NCBI GenBank assembly: GCA_963739305.1
Contig: CAVTZU010000022.1
Coordinates: forward strand, 1 to 41,614
Length of the DNA: 41,614 bases
Source: Candidatus Bathyarchaeota archaeon
GTDB lineage: Archaea; Thermoproteota; Bathyarchaeia; Bathyarchaeales; Bathycorpusculaceae
Direction of reading: 5' to 3'
The notes beneath the pieces were generated by a model, which was not told the DNA's origin, searched no databases, and worked only from the letters and a program-made list of their open reading frames with translations. Both the position numbers and the translations under genes were made by a program. Positions within the stretch are counted from its first letter, which is position 1; the number at the start of each line of letters is the position of its first letter. Below, in pieces: positions 9,396 to 19,951 of this stretch.

Positions 9396-9480
9396 CAAAC
9401 TTCATGTGCAAAAAACTCATCCGACCACGCAAAGAACCAACCACGCATCCCCACCATACCCTCCACAAAAACCCGCCCAA

Positions 9481-9556
9481 GAAAAAAAGGCCGGGGGGTA
9501 GGGTGTTTTAGACTGTTTTCAACTCAAAACCCATGTTGACCAGGCCCGCACAGACC
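9481..9556 (+). repeat. G-tract dispersed element, copy 1
   Basis: GAAAAAAAGGCCGGGGGGTAGGGTGTTTTAGA (32 nt identical to the reverse complement of copy 2) ...CTCAAAACCCATGTTGACCAG...CAGACC. Confidence 0.9.
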
Positions 9557-9644
9557 CATAATCCTGATTCCAAAATCATAAAACTTACCAAACCCCCCAT
9601 CATACACACTATCACTCACCACACCACAACACGAGTGAAAACGA

Positions 9645-10034
9645 TTGTCCTTCGAAGACTGGCAGTACAGACAAGCCGAAAAAAACGCCCACAACGAAAT
9701 CCTAGCCTTCCTCGTCATCATCATGGGCATTAACCTCCTAGCAACCGGCCTGATAATCACGATCATGACAACCGGCCAACCCGTCCTCTTCCCCTACCCA
9801 CTCCCACAATTCATCAACCTGCCAATTGCCCTAGGATTCATACTCACCGACTCAGGCTTCGCCATAATCTTCGCAGGATTCGCCCTAAGCATACACTACG
9901 ACAAACAAAGATCATGGCACCTCACCGAAATCGACAAATCATCCAAACGCAAAAACTGGAAAGTAAACGTAAGAGCCACCGACGAAATCCTCGAAGAACT
10001 AAAAGAAGAAAAGAAAAAACCTAGCAGATCCTAA
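9645..10034 (+). CDS. Hypothetical membrane protein (2 TM)
   Basis: TTG start, two hydrophobic helices, charged C-terminus. Confidence 0.75.
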   Translation: MSFEDWQYRQAEKNAHNEILAFLVIIMGINLLATGLIITIMTTGQPVLFPYPLPQFINLPIALGFILTDSGFAIIFAGFALSIHYDKQRSWHLTEIDKSSKRKNWKVNVRATDEILEELKEEKKKPSRS

Positions 10035-10067
10035 ACAGCGTCCCCGTGGAAGCCAACCTCAACGAGC

Positions 10068-10268
10068 CTAATCGCTCCACTTCTCGATGAACAGCTTCTT
10101 CTCACCCTGCTTAAACATGACCCTCACAGGAATCGCATCCGTCCCCCTCTTCGTCTTCTTATACTCCTTGAACGGAAACATGCTGTCCTCAGCCAAATCC
10201 ACCGGGATATAAAGCAGATACTTCCCGTCTTTTCGCTTGAACAATCGACCTCTTCCCTCGCTAACCAT
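10068..10268 (-). CDS. Small conserved-type protein, possibly AbrB-like swapped-hairpin
   Basis: GAGGTGA RBS and ATTAAATA TATA upstream; GRLFKRKDGKYLLYIPVDLAEDSMFPF pattern. Confidence 0.7.
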   Translation of the reverse strand: MVSEGRGRLFKRKDGKYLLYIPVDLAEDSMFPFKEYKKTKRGTDAIPVRVMFKQGEKKLFIEKWSD

Positions 10269-10489
10269 TCGTTATCACCTCGATTACATCCTCAGTTTAA
10301 GACCTAAGCAGTACAAGCAGAATCTATTTAATCCTTGTCATCACACAAACCAAAAGCATAAAACAGACAGACACGCCACAAGAAAAAAACGCATCAAATG
10401 AAACAACAAAAGACAAAGCCGTTAGAATTAGAGACCAACCAAAAAAACACGGACAAACCTCAACACAGGCTTCTCCCTACAAGCGCCCG

Positions 10490-10681
10490 TCACTCATACC
10501 TGGTCAGATACAACGGCTTCCCAGCCTCCCTCTTCTTCAACTCCACAGAAGAATCACGCAACAACACCGCATCCGCATCCAACTCAGCACATCGAACAGC
10601 CGCACCGTTCGAACCGCCAGACCCTGACTCCTTAACCAAACGAGCTTTCTTCACCGAAACACACTCCAACACCAAACTCAA
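10490..10681 (-). CDS. Possible small hypothetical protein (63 aa)
   Basis: GAAAACGCTTATTTAG BRE/TATA-like sequence about 20 nt upstream of TTG (leaderless geometry). Confidence 0.4.
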   Translation of the reverse strand: MSLVLECVSVKKARLVKESGSGGSNGAAVRCAELDADAVLLRDSSVELKKREAGKPLYLTRYE

Positions 10682-11149
10682 CTAAAAGACAAACACAAGG
10701 CTAAATAAGCGTTTTCAAACAAGTGTACAACCCAAAAACACTCAGCCCCCTCCCTCTCCGAACCACAACGACTCTTCTCCCACTCACGACGAAACCGAAA
10801 CCCCGTTTCCCTCACTCTCATCTCCCACAAAAACGCACACATCATCAGCGTTCGGACACTCCAACGCAGGATGGAACAAACACCTCCGACTCTTACGCTT
10901 ACGCTCTCGCCCCATAACGATAATCACCCCGTAATGCTTCTTTCCCACAACGCACCGTCCGAACCGTAATATTCCAAAGCCTGCTCTACTGCTCCTCTAG
11001 AGCACACCGCATAAAAGAACCTTGCCTCCAACATTCCCAAACGGAACACACCAGATTCACAGCGGCCAAAGCAAGGCAATTTCCAATAGCGAAAGCTTTT
11101 ATTGCAGCACAAAACAAAGTTTGCCAATACCTCAAAAAGATGATGTGAA

Positions 11150-11899
11150 ATGAGTCTGCAGAAAGGTGACTTCATACTAATAGAGTACACAGCAAAAGTC
11201 AAAGAAACAGGAGAAGTCTTCGACACAACAACCGAAGAAACCGCAAAAAAAGAGCACCTGTACAAAGAAGGCAACATCTACGAACCCAAGCTCGTCGTCA
11301 TCGGAGAAAACTGGGTCCTGAAACCTCTCGACGAAAGCCTAACAACAATGGAAGTAGCCAAGCCCACAACCGTCGAGATTCCGCCGGAAAAAGCATTCGG
11401 GCAACGAGATCCAGAAAAAGTGAAACGCGTTCCCCTCAAACAGCTTCTGGCCAGAGAAATCACCCCGAGCGTGGGACAAAGAATCGAATACGGAGACAAA
11501 AGCGCCACAATCCGAGCCGTCGGCGCCGGACGAGTCCTGCTAGACTTCAACCCTCCACTTGCAGGAAAAACCCTAGTCTACGAGGTCAACGTCAAACAAA
11601 AGCTTGAAACAGCTGAAGAAAAAGTTGCCTCACTAATCCACAGAAGAATACCCAACGTCGACGACAAGAAATTCGAGTTCACCGTGAAACCAAAAACAGT
11701 CAGCGTTGAAATGCCCGAAGACGCCTTCTACATAGAAGGAGTACAAATCGCAAAAAGAGGAATAGCAATGGACATTCAAAGATTCTTCCCAGAAACAACC
11801 ACAGTACGATTCACAGAAGCCTTCAAAGCCGAACCCAAGAAAACAGAAGAACAACCCGAAAAGAAAGAAACAACCGCTGAGGCACAACCAGCAACCTAG
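11150..11899 (+). CDS. slyD: Long-type FKBP peptidyl-prolyl cis-trans isomerase
   Basis: KGDFILIEYT, FDTT, IPPEKAFG, LDFNPPLAGKTL, archaeal C-terminal extension. Confidence 0.93.
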   Translation: MSLQKGDFILIEYTAKVKETGEVFDTTTEETAKKEHLYKEGNIYEPKLVVIGENWVLKPLDESLTTMEVAKPTTVEIPPEKAFGQRDPEKVKRVPLKQLLAREITPSVGQRIEYGDKSATIRAVGAGRVLLDFNPPLAGKTLVYEVNVKQKLETAEEKVASLIHRRIPNVDDKKFEFTVKPKTVSVEMPEDAFYIEGVQIAKRGIAMDIQRFFPETTTVRFTEAFKAEPKKTEEQPEKKETTAEAQPAT

Positions 11900-11901
11900 A
11901 C

Positions 11902-12966
11902 TCACACGACCTCAGTGACTTTTGCAAGGTGCTCATAAGCTTCACGATTCAGACTCAGCTTGTTCAAGATCGTAAACCTCTCAGGCCTCAACGAAGCAGC
12001 CAACACCAACGCTTCGACAACGTCACGTTTATCTAAACCAAGATCCCGCGCCGTAGTCGGAGCCCCAAGCCTTCTAAAAACGTCTCTAATCCGCTTCCAG
12101 TTAGCCCCATGCAAATAAGCCATCATTATCGTCCCCACACCACACCTTTCACCGTGCAAAGCACAATTCGGCTTTATGGTTTCAAGCGCATGGCTAAACA
12201 TGTGCTCAGACCCGCTGCAGGGACGACTGCTCCCCGCAATGCTCATCGACACGCCGCAACTTATCAAAGCCTCAATCAAGACTCGCAGCCCCTCTTGGTT
12301 CTTCTTCCGCATCAGGTTCGCGTTCAACAAAACGTGCTTGGCGCTCATCAAAGCCAAACTCGAAGCATACCCACCATAATACTCATCTCTCTCGTCACGC
12401 GCCAACTGCCAATCCTTCACAGCCGTGAACTTGGCAATCACGTCCGCATAACCGCTCACAGCAAGCCGCCAAGGAGCGCGAATAATGACCCGTGTGTCCG
12501 CAATAATCGCCAGAGGAGCCTGAGCCATCACTGAGTACGGCTTTTCATAACCCTTGATCGAAGACAGAGGGCTGGCTATCCCATCATGAGAAGCCGTCGT
12601 CGGCACGCTAATGAAGGGAATGTTAGAACGCGCCGAACTGCACTTCGCCACATCTATCTTCGTACCCCCGCCCACACCGAAAACAATCTCCGGTTCCAAC
12701 ACTCTTATTCGCTCTTCAACCAATTGAACATCTTTCACTGTCGCAGTCTCAACGAGAAACGTGTCAACCTTCATTCTTTCCGTCTCAAGCATCCTTCGTA
12801 CTTTCCGTCCGGCAATAACGTTCGTCCTGGAACCAGCAATAACAAGCGCTGACTGAGCAAAACCCAGTCTTCTGCAGATCTCTCCAACTCTCTCCAGTAC
12901 ACCATCCCCAACGATAACTTCCCGAGGCAACTGCATCCTATGATGTTTTAAGTTCAAATAAACCAC
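11902..12966 (-). CDS. egsA: NAD(P)-dependent sn-glycerol-1-phosphate dehydrogenase
   Basis: GVGGGTKIDVAK, PTTASHDGIAS, SRPCSGSEHMFSHALE, HGERCG. Confidence 0.96.
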   Translation of the reverse strand: MVYLNLKHHRMQLPREVIVGDGVLERVGEICRRLGFAQSALVIAGSRTNVIAGRKVRRMLETERMKVDTFLVETATVKDVQLVEERIRVLEPEIVFGVGGGTKIDVAKCSSARSNIPFISVPTTASHDGIASPLSSIKGYEKPYSVMAQAPLAIIADTRVIIRAPWRLAVSGYADVIAKFTAVKDWQLARDERDEYYGGYASSLALMSAKHVLLNANLMRKKNQEGLRVLIEALISCGVSMSIAGSSRPCSGSEHMFSHALETIKPNCALHGERCGVGTIMMAYLHGANWKRIRDVFRRLGAPTTARDLGLDKRDVVEALVLAASLRPERFTILNKLSLNREAYEHLAKVTEVV

Positions 12967-13078
12967 GTTTGATCGGCATCTTCGTTTTCTTAGCGGTGTC
13001 CTAGAACCTTAAAAAGTATTGCCCTTCATGAAGAACGCTAAAACAGCCGCAATCCTGAAATTCTCATCAATGGACACG

Positions 13079-13576
13079 TCAATTATCTGCTTTTTCAAGG
13101 TACCTAAACGAGAAGGGCTTGACAACCAACTCTGGACGGTTTAGGCTAAGAATAAAGCTCTGAACATCTTTCAAGTTAGGCTGCCAATCCTTCCTCATAG
13201 TGGTAATCAATCTTGAGAAGCTAGCGTAGTTCTTGTGCACGGAGACGATTATGCTGTTCATCCCTAACCCTTCACCATCAGATGCAAAAACAATATCCGC
13301 CTGCGCCTTTGCCCATTCGCGAGCCTTCTCAAGCAGTTCAGGCTTGGCTTCAGTGAAAGCAAGAAAAGTGAACGCAACAATCTCGTAACCCATCTTCGTG
13401 AGGTTAGGGATTATCGTGTACTCCTTCACGTACCCAGCCAATTCCAGATGAGTTCTCTTCCTCGTCACCGTCGGCTGCGAGACTCTCAAAACTTTAGCAA
13501 GCTCTCTGTCGCTTCTCCTTGATCCCCTTATCAATTCGCGCAAAAGATCCAACTTTTCTTTTTCTTTCTCACTCAT
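13079..13576 (-). CDS. Lrp/AsnC-family HTH transcriptional regulator
   Basis: RRSDRELAKVLRVSQPTVTRKR...GYVKEYTIIPNLTKMGY; start at MSEKEK. Confidence 0.88.
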   Translation of the reverse strand: MSEKEKEKLDLLRELIRGSRRSDRELAKVLRVSQPTVTRKRTHLELAGYVKEYTIIPNLTKMGYEIVAFTFLAFTEAKPELLEKAREWAKAQADIVFASDGEGLGMNSIIVSVHKNYASFSRLITTMRKDWQPNLKDVQSFILSLNRPELVVKPFSFRYLEKADN

Positions 13577-13819
13577 GAATAACGCCCGTATTATACACAA
13601 TTCAATTGATTTAATAATATTTGTGATTGAACACACTTCACCAGTTCTTCAAGACGACTCGTCAGAAACCACAGGAAGATAATCGTTGATTCGAGATGCA
13701 TTGATTTTTTCACAAAACTTCTGAGCGCAATATTAATAAATCTCTTGTAGATGATAGAATGATGCTACTTCCTAGTGAAGTAATTCTCTGACGCAATTGA
13801 GTTTTGGAGAAAAAACAGA

Positions 13820-14458
13820 ATGACCAACAACGATGTGATAAATCAATTAACATTGAAAGGAACAACGACCATAGGTCTTGTCTGCAAAGACGGAGTCATA
13901 CTGGCTTCTGACACCCGCGTCACGATGGGCTATTACGTAGCTCATAAACAAGGAAAAAAGGTCTATCAGATAGACGATCATTTAGCAATGACTATAGCCG
14001 GAAGCGTTGCTGACGCCCAGAAAGCCGTTGACATACTCATTACCAACGCAAAACTCTACAAGATCGAGCTTGGAAGGCCTCTGCCCGTGAGTTCGGCAGC
14101 GCGTTTGCTGGCCAACCTACTTTTTTCGGCAAGGTACGTTCCCTTGTTGGCACAAGTGCTCGTCGGAGGCGTCGATGGCACAGGTCCACATATATTCTCC
14201 ATAGATCCCTTCGGATCCCTCACTGAAGAAAAATTCGTCTCCACAGGCTCCGGCTCACCAATAGCATACGGCATATTGGAGGACAAGTTCAAGGAAGGCT
14301 CCCACATAAAGGAAATGTTGCCCGTAATAGTCAAGGCGGTAAATGCTGCCATGAAGCGCGACTCAGCCAGTGGAGACAGTTACAACGTCGCGGTCATAGA
14401 CGCAAAAGGCTACAGAGACATAGGGGAAAAGGAGAAGAAACAGCTCCTGGCAGACTGA
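13820..14458 (+). CDS. psmB: Proteasome beta subunit
   Basis: Propeptide ending KG|TTT; ASDTRVT; GSGSPIAYG; RDSASGD. Confidence 0.96.
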   Translation: MTNNDVINQLTLKGTTTIGLVCKDGVILASDTRVTMGYYVAHKQGKKVYQIDDHLAMTIAGSVADAQKAVDILITNAKLYKIELGRPLPVSSAARLLANLLFSARYVPLLAQVLVGGVDGTGPHIFSIDPFGSLTEEKFVSTGSGSPIAYGILEDKFKEGSHIKEMLPVIVKAVNAAMKRDSASGDSYNVAVIDAKGYRDIGEKEKKQLLAD

Positions 14459-14471
14459 GGATGTAAGAAGG

Positions 14472-16391
14472 GTGCACGGAAATTCTGACAAGGACAAGGT
14501 CGAAATCAGCCAGTACATTCTAGAGCATGTGCCCAAAGAGGCTGAGGTCACAAGGATCGAGTACGAGGGCTCAACGCTGGCCGTCTACACCAAAAAGCCA
14601 GAAATCTTGGTGGATCAAAGCAGCGTCGTCGCCAACATAGTCAACGTCATAAGGAAACGAATAGTCATCCGTTCCGACCCTTCGGTAAGGCTCCAAGAAG
14701 TGGAAGCTGAAAAGATTTCAAGAGACATCATACCCGCAGAAGCAGAGGTAACTGACATAAACTTCGACCCAAGCTTGGGCGAAATCATCATAGACGCTAA
14801 GAAGCCTGGCCTCGTCATTGGCAAGAACGGTACAGTTCTTCAAGAGATAATCAAGCGCACCAAATGGCGCCCACACGTCCTCAGAAGCCCACCTTTGAAG
14901 TCAAAAATAATCACTCACATGCGGCATTATCTTCATTCAGAAAGCAAAGAGAGAGAAAGAGTCCTGCGAACCATAGGAGAAAGAATCTTCAGACCAAAAG
15001 CCTTTGAAGTTGGCGACGTCAGGATCACGGCGCTCGGAGCCGCCCAAGAAGTCGGCAGATCCGCGTTCCTCCTCCAAACCCGTGAAAGCAACGTACTCCT
15101 GGACTGCGGAGTCAACCCAGGTTCATCCAGACCGTTTGAAGCATTCCCGAGACTTGACAACCCCGGCTTCGAACTCGAATCCCTAGACGCCGTGGTGATA
15201 AGCCACGCCCACCTTGATCACTGCGGTCTGGTTCCCTTCTTGTACAAATACGGCTACGACGGCCCAGTGTACTGCTCCGCTCCCACATCAAACATGATGA
15301 CGCTTCTCCAACTGGACTATCTGGACGTAGCAGGAAAGCAGGGTACAACCCCATTCTACGACCAAAAAGACGTTAGAGAATGCGTCTTGCACACTCTTCC
15401 CCTAAGATACGGAGTCGTGACGGACATTGCCCCAGACGTTAGGCTAACTCTGCACAACGCTGGCCACATACTCGGTTCTGCAATGGTTCACCTCCACGTA
15501 GGCGAAGGCCTCCACAACGTCGTCTACACCGGAGACTACAAATTCTCCAGAACGATGCTCCTTGAAGCCGCAGCCACAGAGTTCCCCAGAGTAGAAACCG
15601 TCATAACCGAGAGCACTTACGGCGGACCAGATGACATCATGCCCTCTCGAGTTGAAGCCGAGGAACGGTTGACAAGAATCGTAAACGAAACCCTGGAACG
15701 CAAAGGAAAAGTCTTGATACCCGTGCCGGCGGTCGGCAGAGCACAGGAAATAATGCTCATACTGGACGGTTACATGAAAAGAGGAATGATGAAAGAGGCT
15801 CCAGTGTTCATCGAAGGAATGATCTCAGAGGCAACCGCAATTCACACAGCATACCCTGAATACCTTGGAAGAGAAGTCAGAAACAGCATACTTCACGACG
15901 GAGTCAACCCCTTCCAATCCGACTACTTCACGATCGTGGAACATCCCAGCGTGCGACAGGAAATAATCGAAGGAGAACCATGCATCATAATGGCCACCTC
16001 AGGAATGCTTGAAGGCGGACCAGTCATCGAGTACTTCAAAAGTTTGGCGGACAACGAGAATAACACAATTGTTTTCGTCAGCTACCAAATCGAAGGCACG
16101 ATGGGCAGGAGAGTTCAGAAAGGTTTGAATGAAGTCACCGTTATGACTTCCGAAGGAAAAATGGACGTTGTGAGAGCCCGACTGCGTGTTGAATCAATAG
16201 AAGGCTTCTCTGGGCACTCTGACAGGCGGCAGATTTTCAACTACATCATGCATTTGAGACCGAAACCGGAGAGAGTGGTCGTGTGCCACGGCGAAAGAGC
16301 GAAGTGTCTCAGCATGGCCAATTTCATAGAAAGAAGATGTGAAATCAGATCATTCGCGCCAGCCTTGATGGAGACGTTCAGGCTGCTGTAG
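14472..16391 (+). CDS. fttA: aCPSF1/FttA beta-CASP ribonuclease with KH domains
   Basis: KH KPGLVIGKNG; MBL SHAHLDH; AGHILGSA; GFSGHSD; conserved adjacency to psmB. Confidence 0.96.
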   Translation: MHGNSDKDKVEISQYILEHVPKEAEVTRIEYEGSTLAVYTKKPEILVDQSSVVANIVNVIRKRIVIRSDPSVRLQEVEAEKISRDIIPAEAEVTDINFDPSLGEIIIDAKKPGLVIGKNGTVLQEIIKRTKWRPHVLRSPPLKSKIITHMRHYLHSESKERERVLRTIGERIFRPKAFEVGDVRITALGAAQEVGRSAFLLQTRESNVLLDCGVNPGSSRPFEAFPRLDNPGFELESLDAVVISHAHLDHCGLVPFLYKYGYDGPVYCSAPTSNMMTLLQLDYLDVAGKQGTTPFYDQKDVRECVLHTLPLRYGVVTDIAPDVRLTLHNAGHILGSAMVHLHVGEGLHNVVYTGDYKFSRTMLLEAAATEFPRVETVITESTYGGPDDIMPSRVEAEERLTRIVNETLERKGKVLIPVPAVGRAQEIMLILDGYMKRGMMKEAPVFIEGMISEATAIHTAYPEYLGREVRNSILHDGVNPFQSDYFTIVEHPSVRQEIIEGEPCIIMATSGMLEGGPVIEYFKSLADNENNTIVFVSYQIEGTMGRRVQKGLNEVTVMTSEGKMDVVRARLRVESIEGFSGHSDRRQIFNYIMHLRPKPERVVVCHGERAKCLSMANFIERRCEIRSFAPALMETFRLL

Positions 16392-16767
16392 GAATAGGCT
16401 CGTTCGAAACAGCTACTTTCTCTCGCCAGATTTTAACGCTTTGAGGACAAACAACTACCCGTTCTTCTCCCAGTCTCGCGATGTCCCCTCCAACGGCTTC
16501 GGCGAACTCGCACAACTCGTTGACAGCACGTTTGACATCTTCGATGCTCTTGTTTGCAAGAGGTGTTATTCTAAGAATCAGGATATTCCCTTCTTTAACT
16601 TCTGCCTTAATAGATTCCAAGTCTGAAAGGTCACGGAGAGGCATCGCTTTCAAATAGGTCTTGCCAGAACTACTTTTTGGCTCGGCTTCCTTCTGTTCCT
16701 TTTTTGATTTGCGCAGTATCCCAAGTCCTGGCAAACGTCTCTTCCCTTTCCCTCTCTTATTCTTCAT
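16378..16767 (-). CDS. sepF: Cell division protein SepF
   Basis: EVKEGNILIL...VKRAVNEL...GGDIARLGEERVVVCP. Confidence 0.85.
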   Translation of the reverse strand: MKNKRGKGKRRLPGLGILRKSKKEQKEAEPKSSSGKTYLKAMPLRDLSDLESIKAEVKEGNILILRITPLANKSIEDVKRAVNELCEFAEAVGGDIARLGEERVVVCPQSVKIWREKVAVSNEPIPTAA

Positions 16768-16842
16768 TTCGAGAGTTTAAGTTTTTCTTAACTTCAGGCC
16801 GAATTTCTAATGTATCTTGAAGTATTAAAACGTTCCATAGGC

Positions 16843-17382
16843 TCAATGCCCCAACCTCTTTTCTGGGATCTTGGAAGTCAACTCCTTCATAAGATTCCAA
16901 GTCTTGTCACCAACGTAGTAAAGATTCTTCACCAATATGCCCTGTTTTGTCCTTGTTGCCTCTTCAGAGCCATGAAGGATCTCGCCCAAAGCAAGTGGTT
17001 TTCCGTATTTTTCGTCAACGACGACAACAATGCTACCGCTTTCGAAGCGTCCTTCAATTCGCCTCACGCCAGGTGCCATTACGTTTGCGCCTTTGCAAAC
17101 ATAAGGAACGGCTCCCATATCGACGACCACTTTCGGAGCCAAGCGAAGATACTCATCGAACCTCAAAGTCGGATATATGCTCTCACCTGCCTTGACTAAT
17201 GACGGCTGCCCGTTGATGAGATAGATTTCGTCCGACTCCATCTGAAAGACCTCAACATCGAACCGATTCTTGAAGAACGCTGCCAAATCCACGCCGAGTT
17301 TCTCTGAAGCCTTTTGCAGCACAATTTTCGCTTCTTTCTTATTTAAGAAATGCTGTCGAGGTTTCTCGGGCATCAGGCCCAT
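16843..17382 (-). CDS. DUF1947/PUA-domain RNA-binding protein
   Basis: YPTL, VVVDMGAVPYVCKGANVMAPGV, NLYYVGDK. Confidence 0.9.
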   Translation of the reverse strand: MGLMPEKPRQHFLNKKEAKIVLQKASEKLGVDLAAFFKNRFDVEVFQMESDEIYLINGQPSLVKAGESIYPTLRFDEYLRLAPKVVVDMGAVPYVCKGANVMAPGVRRIEGRFESGSIVVVVDEKYGKPLALGEILHGSEEATRTKQGILVKNLYYVGDKTWNLMKELTSKIPEKRLGH

Positions 17383-17452
17383 CTCTTAGATAGGTTTAAA
17401 TGTTAAGCTTTAAGTATAAAAGGCATAACACTTTGGGTTCGAGAGTGAAAAG

Positions 17453-17680
17453 ATGAGCGAAATGACAACTGAGATCCTTGAGCAGAATCTTGGGAAAATA
17501 GTGCTGGTTAGACTGAAGGGCGGAAAGAGCTTACGCGGGAGACTCAAAGGCTTTGATCAACACCTGAATCTCGTTCTCGAAGAGACTGAAGACACCACAT
17601 CCTCAGAAAACGTCAGGAAACTGGGCGAAATAATCGTCCGAGGAGACAACGTCGTTCTGATTTCTCCGCCTCCTAGGTGA
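17453..17680 (+). CDS. Sm/LSm-like RNA-binding protein (SmAP1)
   Basis: GRLKGFDQHLNLVLE, IIVRGDNVVLISP; directly upstream of rpl37e. Confidence 0.95.
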   Translation: MSEMTTEILEQNLGKIVLVRLKGGKSLRGRLKGFDQHLNLVLEETEDTTSSENVRKLGEIIVRGDNVVLISPPPR

Positions 17681-17685
17681 CATCC

Positions 17686-17874
17686 TTGGGAAAGGGAACA
17701 CCCTCATTTGGCAAACGCCAAGGAAAAACGGTTCACATCAAATGCAGGAGATGCGGAAGAAGATCATACAACGTTACGAAGAAACGCTGTGCAGCCTGCG
17801 GTTACGGAGAAACACAAGTAATCAAAACGTATTCGTGGCGGACCAAAACTCTGCACAGGGAAAGAATGCGCTAG
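17686..17874 (+). CDS. rpl37e: 50S ribosomal protein L37e
   Basis: GKGTPSFGKR, HIKCRRCG, CAACGYG; TTG start after GGTGA. Confidence 0.95.
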   Translation: MGKGTPSFGKRQGKTVHIKCRRCGRRSYNVTKKRCAACGYGETQVIKTYSWRTKTLHRERMR

Positions 17875-17890
17875 AACTTCTGTTTTCCTT

Positions 17891-18502
17891 CTATTGCGAT
17901 GCCTGATAATATCCTTTGTCAACTTTTACAAATATCAGAGGACCTTTGCTCTGCGTGAGGTCTCTGGCCTTCCTCAATGCATTGGTGACGGCATTCAAAG
18001 TCTGTTCTTTCTCGTTCGCATAATTCCTCTTTTCGTCACCCAATTCCATCTTTAAGAGGTTTTCAGCCAGAATTGATGTTCCACAGATTTCTCCATTTCT
18101 AATAAGAGTTGAGATGACAATGTCCTCCATCTGGTTGCGATTGGAGAGTCTTGCCCAAATTGGCTCCGCATTGTTGAGGATTTTTGTAACGTTATTCCAT
18201 TTCTTGGAATTTTCGTTTCCTATCAGGAGCTTTACCCTTTCTCCCCACTTCCTAAGCCAGATTCCACTCCAGACGACCATGAATTCCTGCAGTTCCTCTG
18301 GATCCTCTTCGAAAAGCTTCTCCAGTCTGTCGACAACCTCGCATTGGGAAGCATCACTCCCTATTAAATTCCAGTGCACCCTCAAGAAGTTTGCCAAGTC
18401 TTGACAAGCGATTTGCAATACTTTGCGGTCCGCTCCCAGAACGTCGATCAGGGGGTTTTTCTCCATAAGTTTTTCAGACATCAACGTTTCTATGAAATTC
18501 AC
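17891..18502 (-). CDS. Hypothetical protein
   Basis: 203-aa open frame with normal composition; no family recognised. Confidence 0.7.
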   Translation of the reverse strand: MNFIETLMSEKLMEKNPLIDVLGADRKVLQIACQDLANFLRVHWNLIGSDASQCEVVDRLEKLFEEDPEELQEFMVVWSGIWLRKWGERVKLLIGNENSKKWNNVTKILNNAEPIWARLSNRNQMEDIVISTLIRNGEICGTSILAENLLKMELGDEKRNYANEKEQTLNAVTNALRKARDLTQSKGPLIFVKVDKGYYQASQ

Positions 18503-18647
18503 GGGTACTTCCTTCTCGAAGCCTTCTCCATCTAAGACTAGTCCTTTGAGCTTTTAATAAGCTTTATTCGTAGTGGCTTCTATAACTCTGTTCAGTAGTT
18601 TTCAGCAATATTCCTTTATAGAAATATCATAGGAGGAAATTCTGGCC

Positions 18648-19307
18648 CTATTTGATGAAAATTGGCAATTTCTTGATACTATCCAGAATCAGGTCTGGGT
18701 CTTCCTTCTGAAGTTCCTTCCGCGAGAAGATTCCCGACAAGACTGCAACCGTTTGAGTCCCCGCATTCTTTCCGGCTCTCACGTCGACGACAGAGTCTCC
18801 AACGACAACGCAAAAAGATGGCTTCAATCCAAGTCTTCTCGCGCACTCGATTATCGCTTCAGGTGAAGGTTTTGGATTGGTTGTGTCGACAGCTGTCACC
18901 ACAGCCCGAAAATAGTTCACCAAGCCGAACTTTTCGAGCTGAGCCTTGATTTCGTTCCCGGAGACTTGACGTCTAGTTGTCAGCGCAAGTTTTGCCTTCC
19001 TCGATAAGATCTCGAGCGCGACCTCGACCTCCAGAAAAGGCTTCGTTTTTGTACGTGTTGCGCGGTAGTAGGCATCCAGATAGATTTCACGAAACTCTTT
19101 CTCATCAATTCCTTCGACTAAGTCACTGAGAGGAATATTCAGTTCGAATCGCCGCGGAATCTCCCAAGCAGTTTTCGTACGAAACTTCTCTCTTCCAAAC
19201 GCTGAAAAGGCCGTTCTTGCCGCGTCTACGTAAGCTTGTCTTGAATCGACTATCGTTCCATCCAAGTCAAAAATGATTCCTTCTACGTCCAGTTTACAGC
19301 TTTCCAT
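18648..19307 (-). CDS. HAD-superfamily hydrolase (phosphoglycolate phosphatase-like)
   Basis: FDLDGT, KPSP, VGDSVVD. Confidence 0.92.
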   Translation of the reverse strand: MESCKLDVEGIIFDLDGTIVDSRQAYVDAARTAFSAFGREKFRTKTAWEIPRRFELNIPLSDLVEGIDEKEFREIYLDAYYRATRTKTKPFLEVEVALEILSRKAKLALTTRRQVSGNEIKAQLEKFGLVNYFRAVVTAVDTTNPKPSPEAIIECARRLGLKPSFCVVVGDSVVDVRAGKNAGTQTVAVLSGIFSRKELQKEDPDLILDSIKKLPIFIK

Positions 19308-19433
19308 TGCGTTTTCGATCCCGTCGATTGTTCCTCTGATCTTTTGTTCGATAGGTTTTTATTTGCCGACACTTGTCTAAGGTAAACACCTGATAAATCT
19401 GTTTAGGCGCAGTAGCTTAGGAATGAAGAGCCA

Positions 19434-19742
19434 ATGGTTAGAAAAGCAAGGATACGTTTGACGAGCACAGATTACTCGAAGCTTGAAGAAGTATGTGAAG
19501 AACTGAAAGTCATAGCTCAAAAAACAGGTGTAAAAATAAACGGACCAATTCCGTTGCCCACCAAAAGGTTGAAAATACCAGTTTTGAAGTCCCCCTGTGG
19601 TGAAGGAACATCAACTTGGGACAAATGGGAAATGCGAATTCACAAACGTTTGATCGATATCGATGCTGAAGAACGTGTCATGCGTCGAATAATGAGGATC
19701 CGTGTCCCTGAAGAAGTGCACGTGACGATAGAACTCCTGTAA
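19434..19742 (+). CDS. rpsJ: 30S ribosomal protein S10 (uS10)
   Basis: GPIPLPTK, KSPCGEG, WEMRIHKRLID. Confidence 0.97.
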   Translation: MVRKARIRLTSTDYSKLEEVCEELKVIAQKTGVKINGPIPLPTKRLKIPVLKSPCGEGTSTWDKWEMRIHKRLIDIDAEERVMRRIMRIRVPEEVHVTIELL

Positions 19743-19951
19743 ACAACTTAACTGACTTCGGTTTGAACAGACCTCGATAAATACAGTTTTTAGTTGATGA
19801 TCGAAGATGACGAGTCAGCATTCTGACAGAGTAGATCGATTGTCAATAAAGACATCGACCAAAAGGGATAATTAGAAACGCATTCTCAATAGTTTCAATG
19901 CGTACAGCATGATCTGAGAAACTTGTTGACCATTCCCGGTGTAGCCAATGT

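Noticed and set aside
10291-10345. Possible minus-strand C/D sRNA (GTGATGA...CTGA)
   Set aside because: No D'/C' boxes or recognisable rRNA complement; the interval holds the TATA of the 10268 gene
10398-10917. Plus-strand ORFs 10398-10685 and 10723-10917
   Set aside because: Thr/Pro/His/Asn-rich products expected from A+C-skewed DNA poor in stop codons
19795-19830. TGATGA...CTGA downstream of rpsJ, and an expected tRNA-Ser
   Set aside because: Too short for a dual guide, no target recognised, and no cloverleaf/T-loop found
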